Source of the DNA: a virus
Taxonomy: Duplodnaviria > Caudoviricetes
Direction: 5' to 3' (one strand)
Length of the DNA stretch: 27,049 nucleotides
IMG/VR virus record: IMGVR_UViG_3300047274_000323
Coordinates: 1-27,049 of that record
The position numbers and the translations under genes were made by a program. The notes below the pieces were generated by a model. The model was given only the letters and a program-made list of their open reading frames with translations, was not told where the DNA came from and did not search any database. Shown piece by piece: positions 21,301 through 26,543 of this stretch (position 1 is its first letter; each line of letters begins with the position of its first letter).

Positions 21301-24300
21301 GCATATAGAGACACAACAATTACAATTGATGATGAAGGTTACCCACAAGCAACTCGTAGCAGAAACGACAGATATATCGATGCAACCAATTTAATCAAGG
21401 CAAACAAGGAATTGATTGCCAAGGAAGCAGTTGCAACGATGAATGACTTGTCCAAGTTTGGAGACTTCCAAATTCCTGGTGGGTCTGTAAATTGTGAAGA
21501 TGATGTTAAGGACGTTTTGGATGCTCTTGTCCACGACCTCCTGTTTGATTGCAACGACAAGATGTATGAAGCAGCATCGATGTATATCGAGCCAGAAAAT
21601 AACTCTCTCAGATACATTGAGACTGAGTGGGAAGCATCTGTGACTACGTTTAAGATTGTTAGAGATATTACAACTCTGACAATGAGAAACGCTTTTGGTA
21701 GAGACTATATTCCTGGCACGACTATTTCAGGTGTCCCTGTAGAGTCCTATGAGCAAAATCCTAAAGAGAATATTTTCAATGATTGCGGTAACGCTATCGA
21801 TGGAAACATTCGCTATATTGCTGAGCAAGCAGTATATGACGGTCAAGCACAGTATCCTGGTCTTGTAATTCCCAATGGTGCAATTAATTGTGTCCATGAC
21901 GTTGCAGACATCCTCAAAGCACTGGTATTTAACTTGAAGTATGGTGGTGATAACTGGATGCAATATGCTACTGAATTCTATGTAAATTACTCTGGCAACC
22001 TGCAGCATATCACATCTCAGACTACAGAAACTGTCTGGATTCTGAATAGAGCCAGAGATCTGGCAATTAAGGCAATCAAGGATGCTCCAATCACAAATAA
22101 CTCTGGATTTGCAGGGTCACAAAGATTTTATGATGCAACTCCAAACCCAACAAACCAACTCAGAAATTCAAACACAACTACTGGTATTATCTTAACAACA
22201 TTCAATAATAACGTAACAAGATCATTTACACCTGGCACTATTAATATTCAGAATGCTGACAACACCAGCACTGGTATGGACAACAGCGACGACTTCACTG
22301 CTCGCTGTATTACTATCCTTCCTTCAGGGACTCCAACAGATTCCGTACTGTTTGAGGGCGGTGGCACTGGATATGGCACTTGGATTGGTTTCCGCGATAG
22401 TGGCACTTATCTTAGATTGCGTGCTGGCACTGGCGCCACTGCATATTCTGGTGGTGCTTCATACACCTCCGACACTGGATTGGCGATGCTGGATATCCCA
22501 GTTTCAACACTTGTTGCTGCTGGATATATGGATGGCAATCAACATGAATTGGTTTGGGAAGTGAGAATTGGTGGTAATGTTGCTACTGGTCCAGGTAGAG
22601 TTAGACTCTTTATTGATGGCAATCTTGTTGGCAGTGCGACTACACCAGGATCTTTGAATACTGGATTGTCGGCTGGTGGTGGTGCATGGTCTGGTGGGGA
22701 TAATGGCGGGTTTGCAGCAACCGCTGGAGCAGTACCCGCTGGAGAGCCAACAACTGCATGGCCATATACAATCACTGGTAACATGGACTACTACCGTGCT
22801 CGCTTGGTAGATTCTTCATACACTGGCACCGAAGCAAATGCAGTAATCACTGAAATTAACACCTTGATGTCCAAGGTAACAGATGGAATTCAAAATCCAA
22901 CTAACGTTGCAACTCGCAATTATACTCTACCAACAATTTGGCCAGTTAAGTATACTCCAGAGATTGCTAAGCGTAATTTATCAATTTCATATGACACAAT
23001 CTCTGGTGGGTCTGGAGCAAGTGGCACTTGGTATAACACATGTGGAGAAGTGGCAGCATCCATTGACACTCTCATGGATATTCTCATCTATACGATTGAG
23101 GAAGCAGCAAATAATAACGTCAACTATCTCGCTACCAATGTAACAAGGACATTTAAACCAACTGATAATACTGAGTATCAACTTGGCACTTGCTATGACG
23201 TTGTATCTGCTATCGATACTCTGTTTAGTCTGATGACTGAAACATTAGGTGCTGGACCAGAAAATACAAAACTTATAGCAAATATGATTCTCTTCAATGA
23301 GAATGCAATCGCAACTAGAGCATTTAATGAAACTCGCGCATATTATGGCACTACAAATCTTACAATCGACTTTGCACTTGATGTGTTAAAGGCATGTAGA
23401 TATGACATGATTACCAGTGGTAATGCTGGAGCATTCAAACTTCTTCAGGATTGGTTTGATGGCGAAGGTAACTTCATTGCATTCCAAGGAGTAACTAGAT
23501 CTCATCTGCTATTCTGCCTCACTAAAGTCAGAGAGTATATTAAGAGTGTGATGTATCTCCTGGACACCGACCCAGATTGGACTCTCTATACTACATACAA
23601 TCCAGTCGAAAGACTTGAGTGGTTCCAAGAAGCAGCAGAATTTATTGTCGATTCTTCACTAAACCCAATTGAATATGCTCTGGAAGCATCTAAGTTTCCA
23701 ACAGAATCAAAGGTTACATTTATCGCATCTACACATGCTGTAAATCTGGTAAATACCTACAATATGGGTATTGATTATAATACTGACCCCGCTCTTGTTA
23801 CACTTTTACCACTAACCGAAGTTGGTTACGAACGTGCCGAATATAGAGTCAGAATTAATCGTCCAAATACTTTCCGTAGAGGTGATATCCTTCAGTATAT
23901 TCCAGCATCACAAACCTCTTTAGATGGAATGGAAGTAAGTGATTATTTCTATGTAATCAATGCCGAAGCAACTTGGTTTGAGATTGGAGTCCATTACATT
24001 CATGATGGAAGATTTAAAGAATTTGCGGTAGATACTGCAAATGCTGGTTCACAGATTCTGCAGGTTGTTAGAAGGTCTGGAATTGTTATTAAAGATATCA
24101 TTTATCCAACTGACCCATCACAAACACCTGTACTTGGAGGATTTAACTCTGCAGATGTTATCTATGGAGTTACTTCAGAAGCACATGCAGAAATCGGCGT
24201 TGTCCAAGAAAATAAAGCAAAGATTTACAAGTCATTTACTAGATACGACCTCAATAATGTATCCGAAGTCCTTGGAGATTATGATAACTTTATAAACGGT

Positions 24301-26529
24301 GAACAAGTTGTTGTTCAAGGTGCAACCAGCAATACTGGTTATATCTTACAAACAGCAACAACAAATGATGAAGGTGAAACATTTGTAAATCTTATTACAC
24401 AAACTGGCACTATTTCAATTGGTGATGATATCGAAGGAGTTGACTCTGGCACAATTGCTACAGTCGTAGGTATTTCTGACAGACTTCTGCTGAATATCAA
24501 GTCTGGTGATTTTGATAGCAACCAATGGTTGTTTGAGACTAATACTTCAACTGAGGCGTATATTACCGAATACACTAATAAGAGTGGTACTTTGACTGCC
24601 AATGGTGGTGGTCGTATTACAATTGATGTTGAAACTATCCAAAATTCTTGGAGTGCTGGAGATGTGATTTACGGTAGTTTGACCGATTATATCCTTGAGG
24701 TTAAGGGAATCAGCGGCACTCAAATTCAACTTAACCAGTATATTCATGGCACAAATGTATATCAACTGGAATTGGGTACAACAATCATTGATACTGGTAT
24801 TGCTGATACATTCAAAGTTGGCGATGTAGTATACCTATTACAAGGCACCACAATCAAGAATCCTGGTTTTGAGGCAACTGTTACTCAATACATCAATGAC
24901 CCAGATCAGGGAATTCACAGATTGTTTATTGCAAATCTCATTCCTGTGGGGGTCGGTGCCAACATTTCCGAGGTTATTATCAATACAAATAATATTGGTA
25001 AGATTGATATTGGATCTAACTTCCCAACAATCTATGCAAATGTCCTTTCATATACTGATACGGAATACACGTCTTACGGTAAGGTAGTTGCTATTGAGCA
25101 AACTGGCATTACTGCTAAAATTTGGATTGAAGGATCTGTTGGCGAATTTGTCAACAATATGAGTGTCAAATCAGATTTTGGTTGGGGTGGAGCAGTTTCC
25201 AAAGCAACAATCCTTGAGGGGAGGGTTGATAGATACTTCCGTGGTTTTGATGGCGTCCAAACAACATTTGACCTTACAATCAACAATGGTGAAGCATACT
25301 TCCCAGATCCAGCAGGTCACCTGCTTGTGTTTGTGAATGCTGTGCTACAACCCCCAGGTCCTACAAATTCATATATTGCATTCTCTGACAAGATTCAGTT
25401 TACTGAAGCACCTGAAGTTGGGTCTGAATTCATTGGTTATTACGTTGGTAAACTGCGTCAACTTGATGATATCAGTTTTGAGTTTGATTCACTTCGCTCA
25501 TCATTCAACCTCAAGCGTGATGGTCTCTTTTATTCACTGACACTAACCGAAGGGGTATCTTCTAACACAATTTTACCAGAAAACAATATTATTGTTTCTC
25601 TGAATGGAATCATTCAGGAGCCAGGTGTTGCTTATGAGTTGGTTGGTTCTAGAATTATCTTCTCAGAAGTCCCACGCTCAGGTAGCACTTTTGTTGGATT
25701 CTCTTATATTGGTAGTGACGCTGATGTGATTGCGGCAACAGTTGTGCCACCTATAGAATCTGGTGACCAACTCTTTATTGAGGGTGAAGAATTTAATCGT
25801 GAAGTTGCTGTTATCGAATCCTCCAACTCTCTCGTAACCTTTGAATATACTGGATCAGTTAAAGGAAGAAACGCAGATGCTCTTGCTGAGATTACAACTG
25901 GTCAAGTGGCAGGAGCAATTCTTACAAACCCTGGTGATGGATATACATCACGTCCAAACGTAGACGTTATCTCATCTACTGGTTTTGATGCAAGAATCAA
26001 GGCGCTTATGGGGATTACTAGAATTGATGTGAGAAGTGCTGGCATTGGTTATAAAAAACCAATCATTGCAATTGATAATGAAGTTCCAGATAATTTTGTA
26101 AGCCCAGTAGGCACTCCAGTAAACGGCGGTATCGATATCTATAATCCAGAAGAAAATGATGGCGGCGGGGGAGTTATAGTCATTCCAGGGACTATCGCAA
26201 TTACTTCTGACCCAGTTAATGTAACAGTTAACCAAGGTCAGAATGCAGTGTTTACTGTAAGTGCAACTACATCCAATAATGCAACTTTAAATTATCAGTG
26301 GCAGAAGAAGGAATATGGCACTACAGTTTGGACCAACATTATCGGTGCAAACCAAAGAACATACACTACAGGATTAGCAACACAAAATGATGATGGTGAT
26401 GAATTTAGAGTTGCAATTACTGCCATTGGTGCTACACCAGTTTATTCACTGTCAGCAATCATTACAGTTCAGACAGGTGCTACTGTAATTGCAAACTTTA
26501 CTCCAACACAAATCTTTGACGACATCTAA
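6364..26529 (+). CDS. gp7: Giant multidomain baseplate wedge initiator gp7-like protein (6721 aa)
   Basis: Follows gp6. gp7-type blocks: N-terminal QLPEFIRE...F..FL.EYY.SQE, IKDFY.SKGT...YLFK.MFGE (K707) and IQDS.FYQNFSYVIKS...HPAG..MFG (H3569). One uninterrupted 20.2-kb frame. Confidence 0.88.
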   Translation: MQKNIAVSDRVEFQLPEFIREEDRQFVNFLFEYYKSQEKTGRPYDILNNLLNYLDLDNYDSNSLSNDTKLLTNIGVYDTKIEIESIDGFQPTDGSIMIDNEVIYYESVTRGPDAIITPGVSFSQFNKKKQLLENPFPLFNGVRNKFPLSFLGTPVAPPSPEHLIVIVYNEMKIPGVDYFLEGDEIRFTTPPRARTGADDSEFTQITYLIGYADQEIITTDSIPWQEWQGTKSYPLRLNTQNYTPTSEIGLIINKNGRLQIPYEDYTVYNQEVIFKFPIGSADDIHVRSVEYIAPAYGSGATAIVAVSPNGQVNKVIAKDGGSNYRLDFAPKITIQSKEGGKGATARSLVGGVKNINLIDGGQGYTTYNPPIPTILAPSNPNGTAAKLSLTVNDTTGQVETITIDNSGSGYDFIPAITFVNPGGAKISNPTIDSEGRVNTASIQVLDGGNNYTNPPQVYIDPAPLGGINAQAISRIDQDGQVYEISIVNRGRGYVTPPRARIIDPIGAQVLDVTVASGSVTNIEMLTGGRGYTDAPSVYIVDDRKDAYGAPIGGTGATAVATIFNGEITDINITNFGEGYSAEFPPKIFIAEPKSARASVAVGFGEVTGFDIFQNGEGYSPSAFLNCSRGVSGAVAYDQLHNEIYAGEKALRQSNHVAGTTVINLDSLFIKEVFDKFRRQYLPTIQIDYSAVNPVQIVKSIKDFYISKGTKLATQYLFKIMFGEEIDVYYPKDEIISPSAANWVVDTILRAELISGNPDDLIDSELIQYADDVDLNVKGASALIENVISIIQGTDTIYELAISEETLNGSFVIPYKTTLVEPLDIKSQIITVDSTIGWPERNGTILINDEEEVQYKEKSLNQFIECTRSKNGVVEDWDPGTRIFSDIFVYTNKGTDTECKLRVLGIAEAGTTILDNTGSYYLPGDKLKVANLGSTAEGEERLSSWLYNVKKLIKIDTIEPGGVNNQTATVYCENPHGLLVSDQVTIYGANPVVYNGTFIVTSRIDDYTFSYQLNVPTDIIPQGNILLSVDLNRGKSDVLSINKVISEFTSNVQNTFFNADYVYVAASGLPNYKIGPFTGSALIPGNQRKLLRFPRKVQTISERRDIIPGTSIGAWVNGVSIWSYKSREFVRFGPVTSIDVINGGIKYDAGNKPSLEITGGNGSGASAEVVINGQLVSFDVTNEGSGYIEQPLVSIVGGGGSGATAQAIITGGRVTRILVEQPGSGYTSQPSVSITGGGGTGATAVANVRGPVESVVITNAGNGYTEIPSIKLNSGEGALAQPIVINGRIVSIAIINSGAGYTTAPTVVINGDGFGAIAKANIGTVGEDKGRVLSVEITNRGIGYTQGNTTIRLDSIGENAVFQANVFEWNKNLQADLSTKFDYARGYVFTGYNNQFGGEYAHLSDPKELRYVVGDNVFLNPVTQKFQELTSNYKHSPILGWAFDGNPIYGPYGYDDPTDQNSGVRRLRTSFKLKTNIVFDENTNPNPSRIDGPSLTEYSAGSFIDDYFYDFQSGDLDNYNGRFCKTPDFPNGIYAYFITIDASDAGVAEFPYIVGPQYNSLPDGWNFTQGATQENIPADVVRFRDPYVDVDIDIDRQPNQSSNILTTEIEGYPIIFEIQDSNNDGLIDANEQQEFLELSEETTLQIFDYFPQVSAESRVDIEVESTTQFEDAKIDGFVIENPGVSYQVGDTVFFDNEGTGGFGASALIESVKGQKILGYTKEIIADKPYGVITTEIEHELRQNDEIIVNSSPILDNTNKTFKVKVVAGIERINIIQSGVGYNQDIPPTFELITSAGQDGQLELVLENTGQINKVNIINSGNGYDPENPPEIRVSHPQQFKKTRYWLTEYYEATGIVRVNHSITTSDRYTYICGSITEIDGDMSGFIAKFDDLGARVWQRNLLPQNAGQKRLEFIKMVIDEEFENDVIYVVGQSYNPTTSQYSPDVFLAQYESGFNNANAPDGILKWQRSIAGISGSTRRDYVTSIALDQEKKIYIGGYTDTNSPDPDDMWVIQCDLDGDIKEKRKIASENASERLYQIQLISDDNFFFVGVNEETDDLIFGQFFFDGANIEIAWIRQIAVIGGQVKNPKFAIDDYGACILVWDVYNATTSKFEKIQINKFQIATANTQWEWAKSITLNTTFVSINHANISVDVFGNYTIVADIVESQNQRYSIINYLKYDGTIIKETKVEDVSNIGFSAKNHTVDNSGDCIIAANRQQSDQLASFRFNTVGNLEYDFTKQNLATWTYVDQANVSLDTTIYKYGTGSLKYAAGAKPATLTGFGITPIEWSTRAWFSMNTTAWSTAHQPTFFEVVPETGNRIRFDIDGNSGSANYQKVLIYVNGTLAASSTTTTSWSAFASGAWVHVTFQKRQESLGLYKYEVFINGNLQLSYQSTDDIHLDDVVIGGPSVSPTTTNCFIGNIDDLVIDDIAPYENAYTSPTSEINITTQDSDVVLIKFDRLHTNRDSYTLQDLARYNEFAFSDVESATTWVDINIPAFSAWEEGPGGLQILDMSQVISTFNPTTYTLSTTKYQYASKTSTVPSPRGKRLIIDCDVINKFYLKDASYQKIDNVFQFTLNQNAFLTKYSILQQFNSQGVTTAYGTIVDIPDGTLTNPGLGNTYKIGKIFGTFNTTDRLRTSEGDVNQIEGEYFDTEEVEQPWAAGATYAIGDRVYSNRRIYQSQTAGTSGSISPQHTSGTASDGSLDWALVDDAGKFDIDLTEKPYPRPIYAGLDMPEWDSHKLYAVGQKVWWKLNVYQVAVGGGGVSSTNPPVHTSGSQSDGGVTWQFVETLEAISPYARFMEYDQGNNYSVLIEEIHPGSSYIPGDVVSLRSNNIELDPSRKQVRIVGFPSVKKIRVTARLEKDIIPTQFDRTDLVYCTSTSPHFYNISDIIYTEGFQSTQFNGSFFVQDVIGSREFTFAIRDNAVSDPTFNAGAIGNVNIYAKHPTLRFTKNHQYNFDLSDASNFGYYLSFSQDNQYKLEYSFNNIVREGTPGIQAAGAAPFVKFLVIGDITNISYYFDPSRTGSDSPVGENSFIDVYATPYQGRFKVATVVNDFTFKFPLVREPEKNSAEVGLDDQDNEYSYYSTTSTRAVGPINSIKLVSPGGFYKKLPIIKEIASFRQIEKIVINDGGTEYAPGVYYDVQIAGDGEGARCIVTVDFDDEVGSGTVTRIQVTDPGKGYTFASLDIDSIPGILGPTLAGSGASATVVIPEEGSGASVFLTGKNIGKIKRLKNNEFGFGYSHDYTLKPEITFPVNLQLFNTSILSEIKITDPGSGYTSAPSVVIEGGGGSGAEAVAIVKNNRLNEIQIKNPGSGYSSEPEVTLKSEFNYVVNLDLNYLQFNFPHGITTGAAIQLRADTIGSTEGELPKPSSAGLTTLVEGQIYYAIAGEINSLEPDQIRFALTPQSAAAGDYITFLTQGSGRQVLLTEVFGGKAVAVVETSRFLEGETVFQGSTLEQASAIGKVSTNTGWQIGPKILKIVDYDGDWKIGEKVNGVISKASGIIDNLSIARGVLNIGSLTKTPGKFIDDVGKPSEIVQKIQDSFFYQNFSYVIKSDIPITKWKNQILQNNHPAGFVMFGQLQLTGGKDISGRKIATEFTKEVNINNYANINQITSFAAAQPIYTDYNNTEVLFRKKRLTSSEEILTSIVKKLDDVSNRFNGIEKSFPITVEGEQVIVSDDQLLITLNGIIQAPGESYQVVGGNIVFSEPPKPASRVNYRTLGITPIPIYRIALYSGTVGISNYGIFPTLGQQVQGQNTNTFATVIDSGTNHIDVINITGGTFQLNEEITRGTLFSALVQSVTLLNTETIFRFGESITNLDGDTAIIEEVNIDTEGDVTDRVVVSKTSGTAEFETGIFDIKLNEFIYSASSKIAGKVTFISPYIDPATDDPVDELILNPGSTFYGLLFERLVSITNPNIILDDISKSSITPTELYDQENRINANFLSFEDVRSTEVVYTDLSNGTLTDGEFVSNKKVTYTNPITAYHGSAGNRFYDAANMIRGNKQEIIDFAEAQIAVEHPDFYFPGDIITNSTSRYSDSYRMIQLNKNLIVGMAYDDMITQYPLVSIPDINKCKRDLGYFVDALSIDIFRGGNVYTRKFTSYYFDDTGALVYVNAQAAETRYAYERALEWMKQAITNQLSGTISAVNSADSWSGYQDLTITADPSPNDPYGTNGANTDNTDPESCSDVQDALTTLWEVVDTALDSGTLDELPDEEVGTYSPNETKCRRDIGYFVDAIANDVSRGGNYNIVTFTKFYFNNAGAPISNGLVGETAQSVTAFEKARDLSYRAINNLMYYKDLELLNDPASYGGNAPGHTYDADYSTGSNQLITNCADVQSYIATLTDIAVDAITAGNLNNVNALATISDGTFLNSENIRTTKIAYKNKSTGLFAFEDQIRGVTSGAIFKAIGANAGLKWIYAGPITGNFQTGEYITNSTLTNQGGVTQSVIVKKAELLGTKSLNFPASGYLVAAESYDFAFGATDDFTIEAWIRPSGISGTQHLFDFRRTATAGLRVVMDGQQLRVYNGTSALIISGNVFAAANTWYHVSVVRTDNVLQAYVNGSQAGSNYADTNDYGYAPCYISADFNTANQFTGYMDNLYIKKGVSDHIGAFTPPTQVDYTDDNIVLGLDGEGPFILSTTETYATLTSINVYNATTKVVNYDDLSFVIKDVDLGRKEYRDCAEIISLNAAWIAEEAVGRMKAQFPDFIMPGDDPANNSYGGTNYCLRDTKDYIIAALVKDLRDGGNYHSLYTARTYLSASGKLKHVGNEILQTLYTWDEVSNIMIDVITSTSNDLSGEYTEKLRIPNNFDSPASQAVQDEIRQLTTDMLEVIAPSPNRFRDSGILIWKNRDYIADEVVGYIQDKYIKTLAGNPVDFLDIPGGENVCKRDIKTYIIPAIIADLATGGTYQTQNVIDFYLDSQKNILFVENELNPMLDAFNKTKELCQFAVNNLLLDAGTTAADYGYSAWAQDDYYEPQWTSRNAYRDTTITIDDEGYPQATRSRNDRYIDATNLIKANKELIAKEAVATMNDLSKFGDFQIPGGSVNCEDDVKDVLDALVHDLLFDCNDKMYEAASMYIEPENNSLRYIETEWEASVTTFKIVRDITTLTMRNAFGRDYIPGTTISGVPVESYEQNPKENIFNDCGNAIDGNIRYIAEQAVYDGQAQYPGLVIPNGAINCVHDVADILKALVFNLKYGGDNWMQYATEFYVNYSGNLQHITSQTTETVWILNRARDLAIKAIKDAPITNNSGFAGSQRFYDATPNPTNQLRNSNTTTGIILTTFNNNVTRSFTPGTINIQNADNTSTGMDNSDDFTARCITILPSGTPTDSVLFEGGGTGYGTWIGFRDSGTYLRLRAGTGATAYSGGASYTSDTGLAMLDIPVSTLVAAGYMDGNQHELVWEVRIGGNVATGPGRVRLFIDGNLVGSATTPGSLNTGLSAGGGAWSGGDNGGFAATAGAVPAGEPTTAWPYTITGNMDYYRARLVDSSYTGTEANAVITEINTLMSKVTDGIQNPTNVATRNYTLPTIWPVKYTPEIAKRNLSISYDTISGGSGASGTWYNTCGEVAASIDTLMDILIYTIEEAANNNVNYLATNVTRTFKPTDNTEYQLGTCYDVVSAIDTLFSLMTETLGAGPENTKLIANMILFNENAIATRAFNETRAYYGTTNLTIDFALDVLKACRYDMITSGNAGAFKLLQDWFDGEGNFIAFQGVTRSHLLFCLTKVREYIKSVMYLLDTDPDWTLYTTYNPVERLEWFQEAAEFIVDSSLNPIEYALEASKFPTESKVTFIASTHAVNLVNTYNMGIDYNTDPALVTLLPLTEVGYERAEYRVRINRPNTFRRGDILQYIPASQTSLDGMEVSDYFYVINAEATWFEIGVHYIHDGRFKEFAVDTANAGSQILQVVRRSGIVIKDIIYPTDPSQTPVLGGFNSADVIYGVTSEAHAEIGVVQENKAKIYKSFTRYDLNNVSEVLGDYDNFINGEQVVVQGATSNTGYILQTATTNDEGETFVNLITQTGTISIGDDIEGVDSGTIATVVGISDRLLLNIKSGDFDSNQWLFETNTSTEAYITEYTNKSGTLTANGGGRITIDVETIQNSWSAGDVIYGSLTDYILEVKGISGTQIQLNQYIHGTNVYQLELGTTIIDTGIADTFKVGDVVYLLQGTTIKNPGFEATVTQYINDPDQGIHRLFIANLIPVGVGANISEVIINTNNIGKIDIGSNFPTIYANVLSYTDTEYTSYGKVVAIEQTGITAKIWIEGSVGEFVNNMSVKSDFGWGGAVSKATILEGRVDRYFRGFDGVQTTFDLTINNGEAYFPDPAGHLLVFVNAVLQPPGPTNSYIAFSDKIQFTEAPEVGSEFIGYYVGKLRQLDDISFEFDSLRSSFNLKRDGLFYSLTLTEGVSSNTILPENNIIVSLNGIIQEPGVAYELVGSRIIFSEVPRSGSTFVGFSYIGSDADVIAATVVPPIESGDQLFIEGEEFNREVAVIESSNSLVTFEYTGSVKGRNADALAEITTGQVAGAILTNPGDGYTSRPNVDVISSTGFDARIKALMGITRIDVRSAGIGYKKPIIAIDNEVPDNFVSPVGTPVNGGIDIYNPEENDGGGGVIVIPGTIAITSDPVNVTVNQGQNAVFTVSATTSNNATLNYQWQKKEYGTTVWTNIIGANQRTYTTGLATQNDDGDEFRVAITAIGATPVYSLSAIITVQTGATVIANFTPTQIFDDI
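7249..8225 (+). repeat. About 8 tandem protein-level beta-repeats of roughly 40 aa in gp7
   Basis: Consensus G.V..I.I.(N/D)GG.GY...P.I.I.....G..A.A, diverged at the DNA level. Confidence 0.8.
9541..11028 (+). other. YHYH-like domain in gp7, interrupted by repeats
   Basis: Motifs SGLPNY, IGAWVNGV, HSPILGWAFDGNPIYGPYG, GDLDNYNGRF..TPDFPNG.YAYF.T and FPYIVG. Confidence 0.75.
9757..10458 (+). repeat. 6 tandem GSGY-type beta-repeats
   Basis: Examples: GQLVSFDVTNEGSGYIEQPLVSIVGGGGSGATAQA and GRVTRILVEQPGSGYTSQPSVSITGGGGTGATAVA. Confidence 0.85.
11887..13010 (+). other. Beta-propeller-like region in gp7
   Basis: Blade-like repeats YICG...FIAKFDDLG..VWQR, IYVVG...FLAQY...LKWQR and IYIGG...WVIQCDLDG. 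Confidence 0.65.
13021..13700 (+). other. LamG/concanavalin A-like domain 1 in gp7
   Basis: KYGTGSL...W..RAWF...WVHVTF...VFING...FIGNIDDLVI. Confidence 0.75.
14335..14712 (+). repeat. Two CBM5/12-like aromatic modules
   Basis: W....Y.(I/V)G..V......Y......G......P.HTSG..SDG...W at 14335-14475 and 14566-14712. Confidence 0.65.
18328..23685 (+). repeat. About 7 alpha-helical phycobiliprotein/globin-like repeats with a C-x-(R/x)-D motif
   Basis: Recurrent R..DA...I..N...I...A.......P....PG.....CxRD...(F/I)..A...D...GGN, with closing helices C.(D/E)V...I.TL. The repeats are seen directly; the fold assignment is inferred. Confidence 0.7.
19711..20250 (+). other. LamG/concanavalin A-like domain 2 in gp7
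   Basis: GTKSLNF...DFTIEAWIRP...WYHVSVVR...AYVNG...FTGYMDNLYIKKG. Confidence 0.85.
26191..26472 (+). other. C-terminal immunoglobulin (I-set-like) domain in gp7
   Basis: ITSDPVNVTVNQGQNAVFTVSA...LNYQWQK...DDGDEFRV...S.SA.ITV. Confidence 0.85.
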
Positions 26530-26532
26530 ATA
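26526..26532 (+). promoter_or_regulatory. T4-like late promoter (CTAAATA)
   Basis: Overlaps the gp7 stop codon and ends 11 nt before ATG 26544. Same arrangement as the site at 3600. Confidence 0.65.
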
Positions 26533-26543
26533 GAAGTAAAAAC

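Noticed and set aside
92-26235. Many 60-136 aa antisense and alternate-frame ORFs
   Set aside because: They are shadows of long real genes with biased codon use, with no recognisable motifs.
6364-26529. Intein, intron, diversity-generating retroelement or CRISPR-like array explaining gp7 size
   Set aside because: I saw no intein splice or homing-endonuclease motifs, no frame break, no reverse transcriptase and no near-identical DNA repeats. The repeats are diverged and protein-level.
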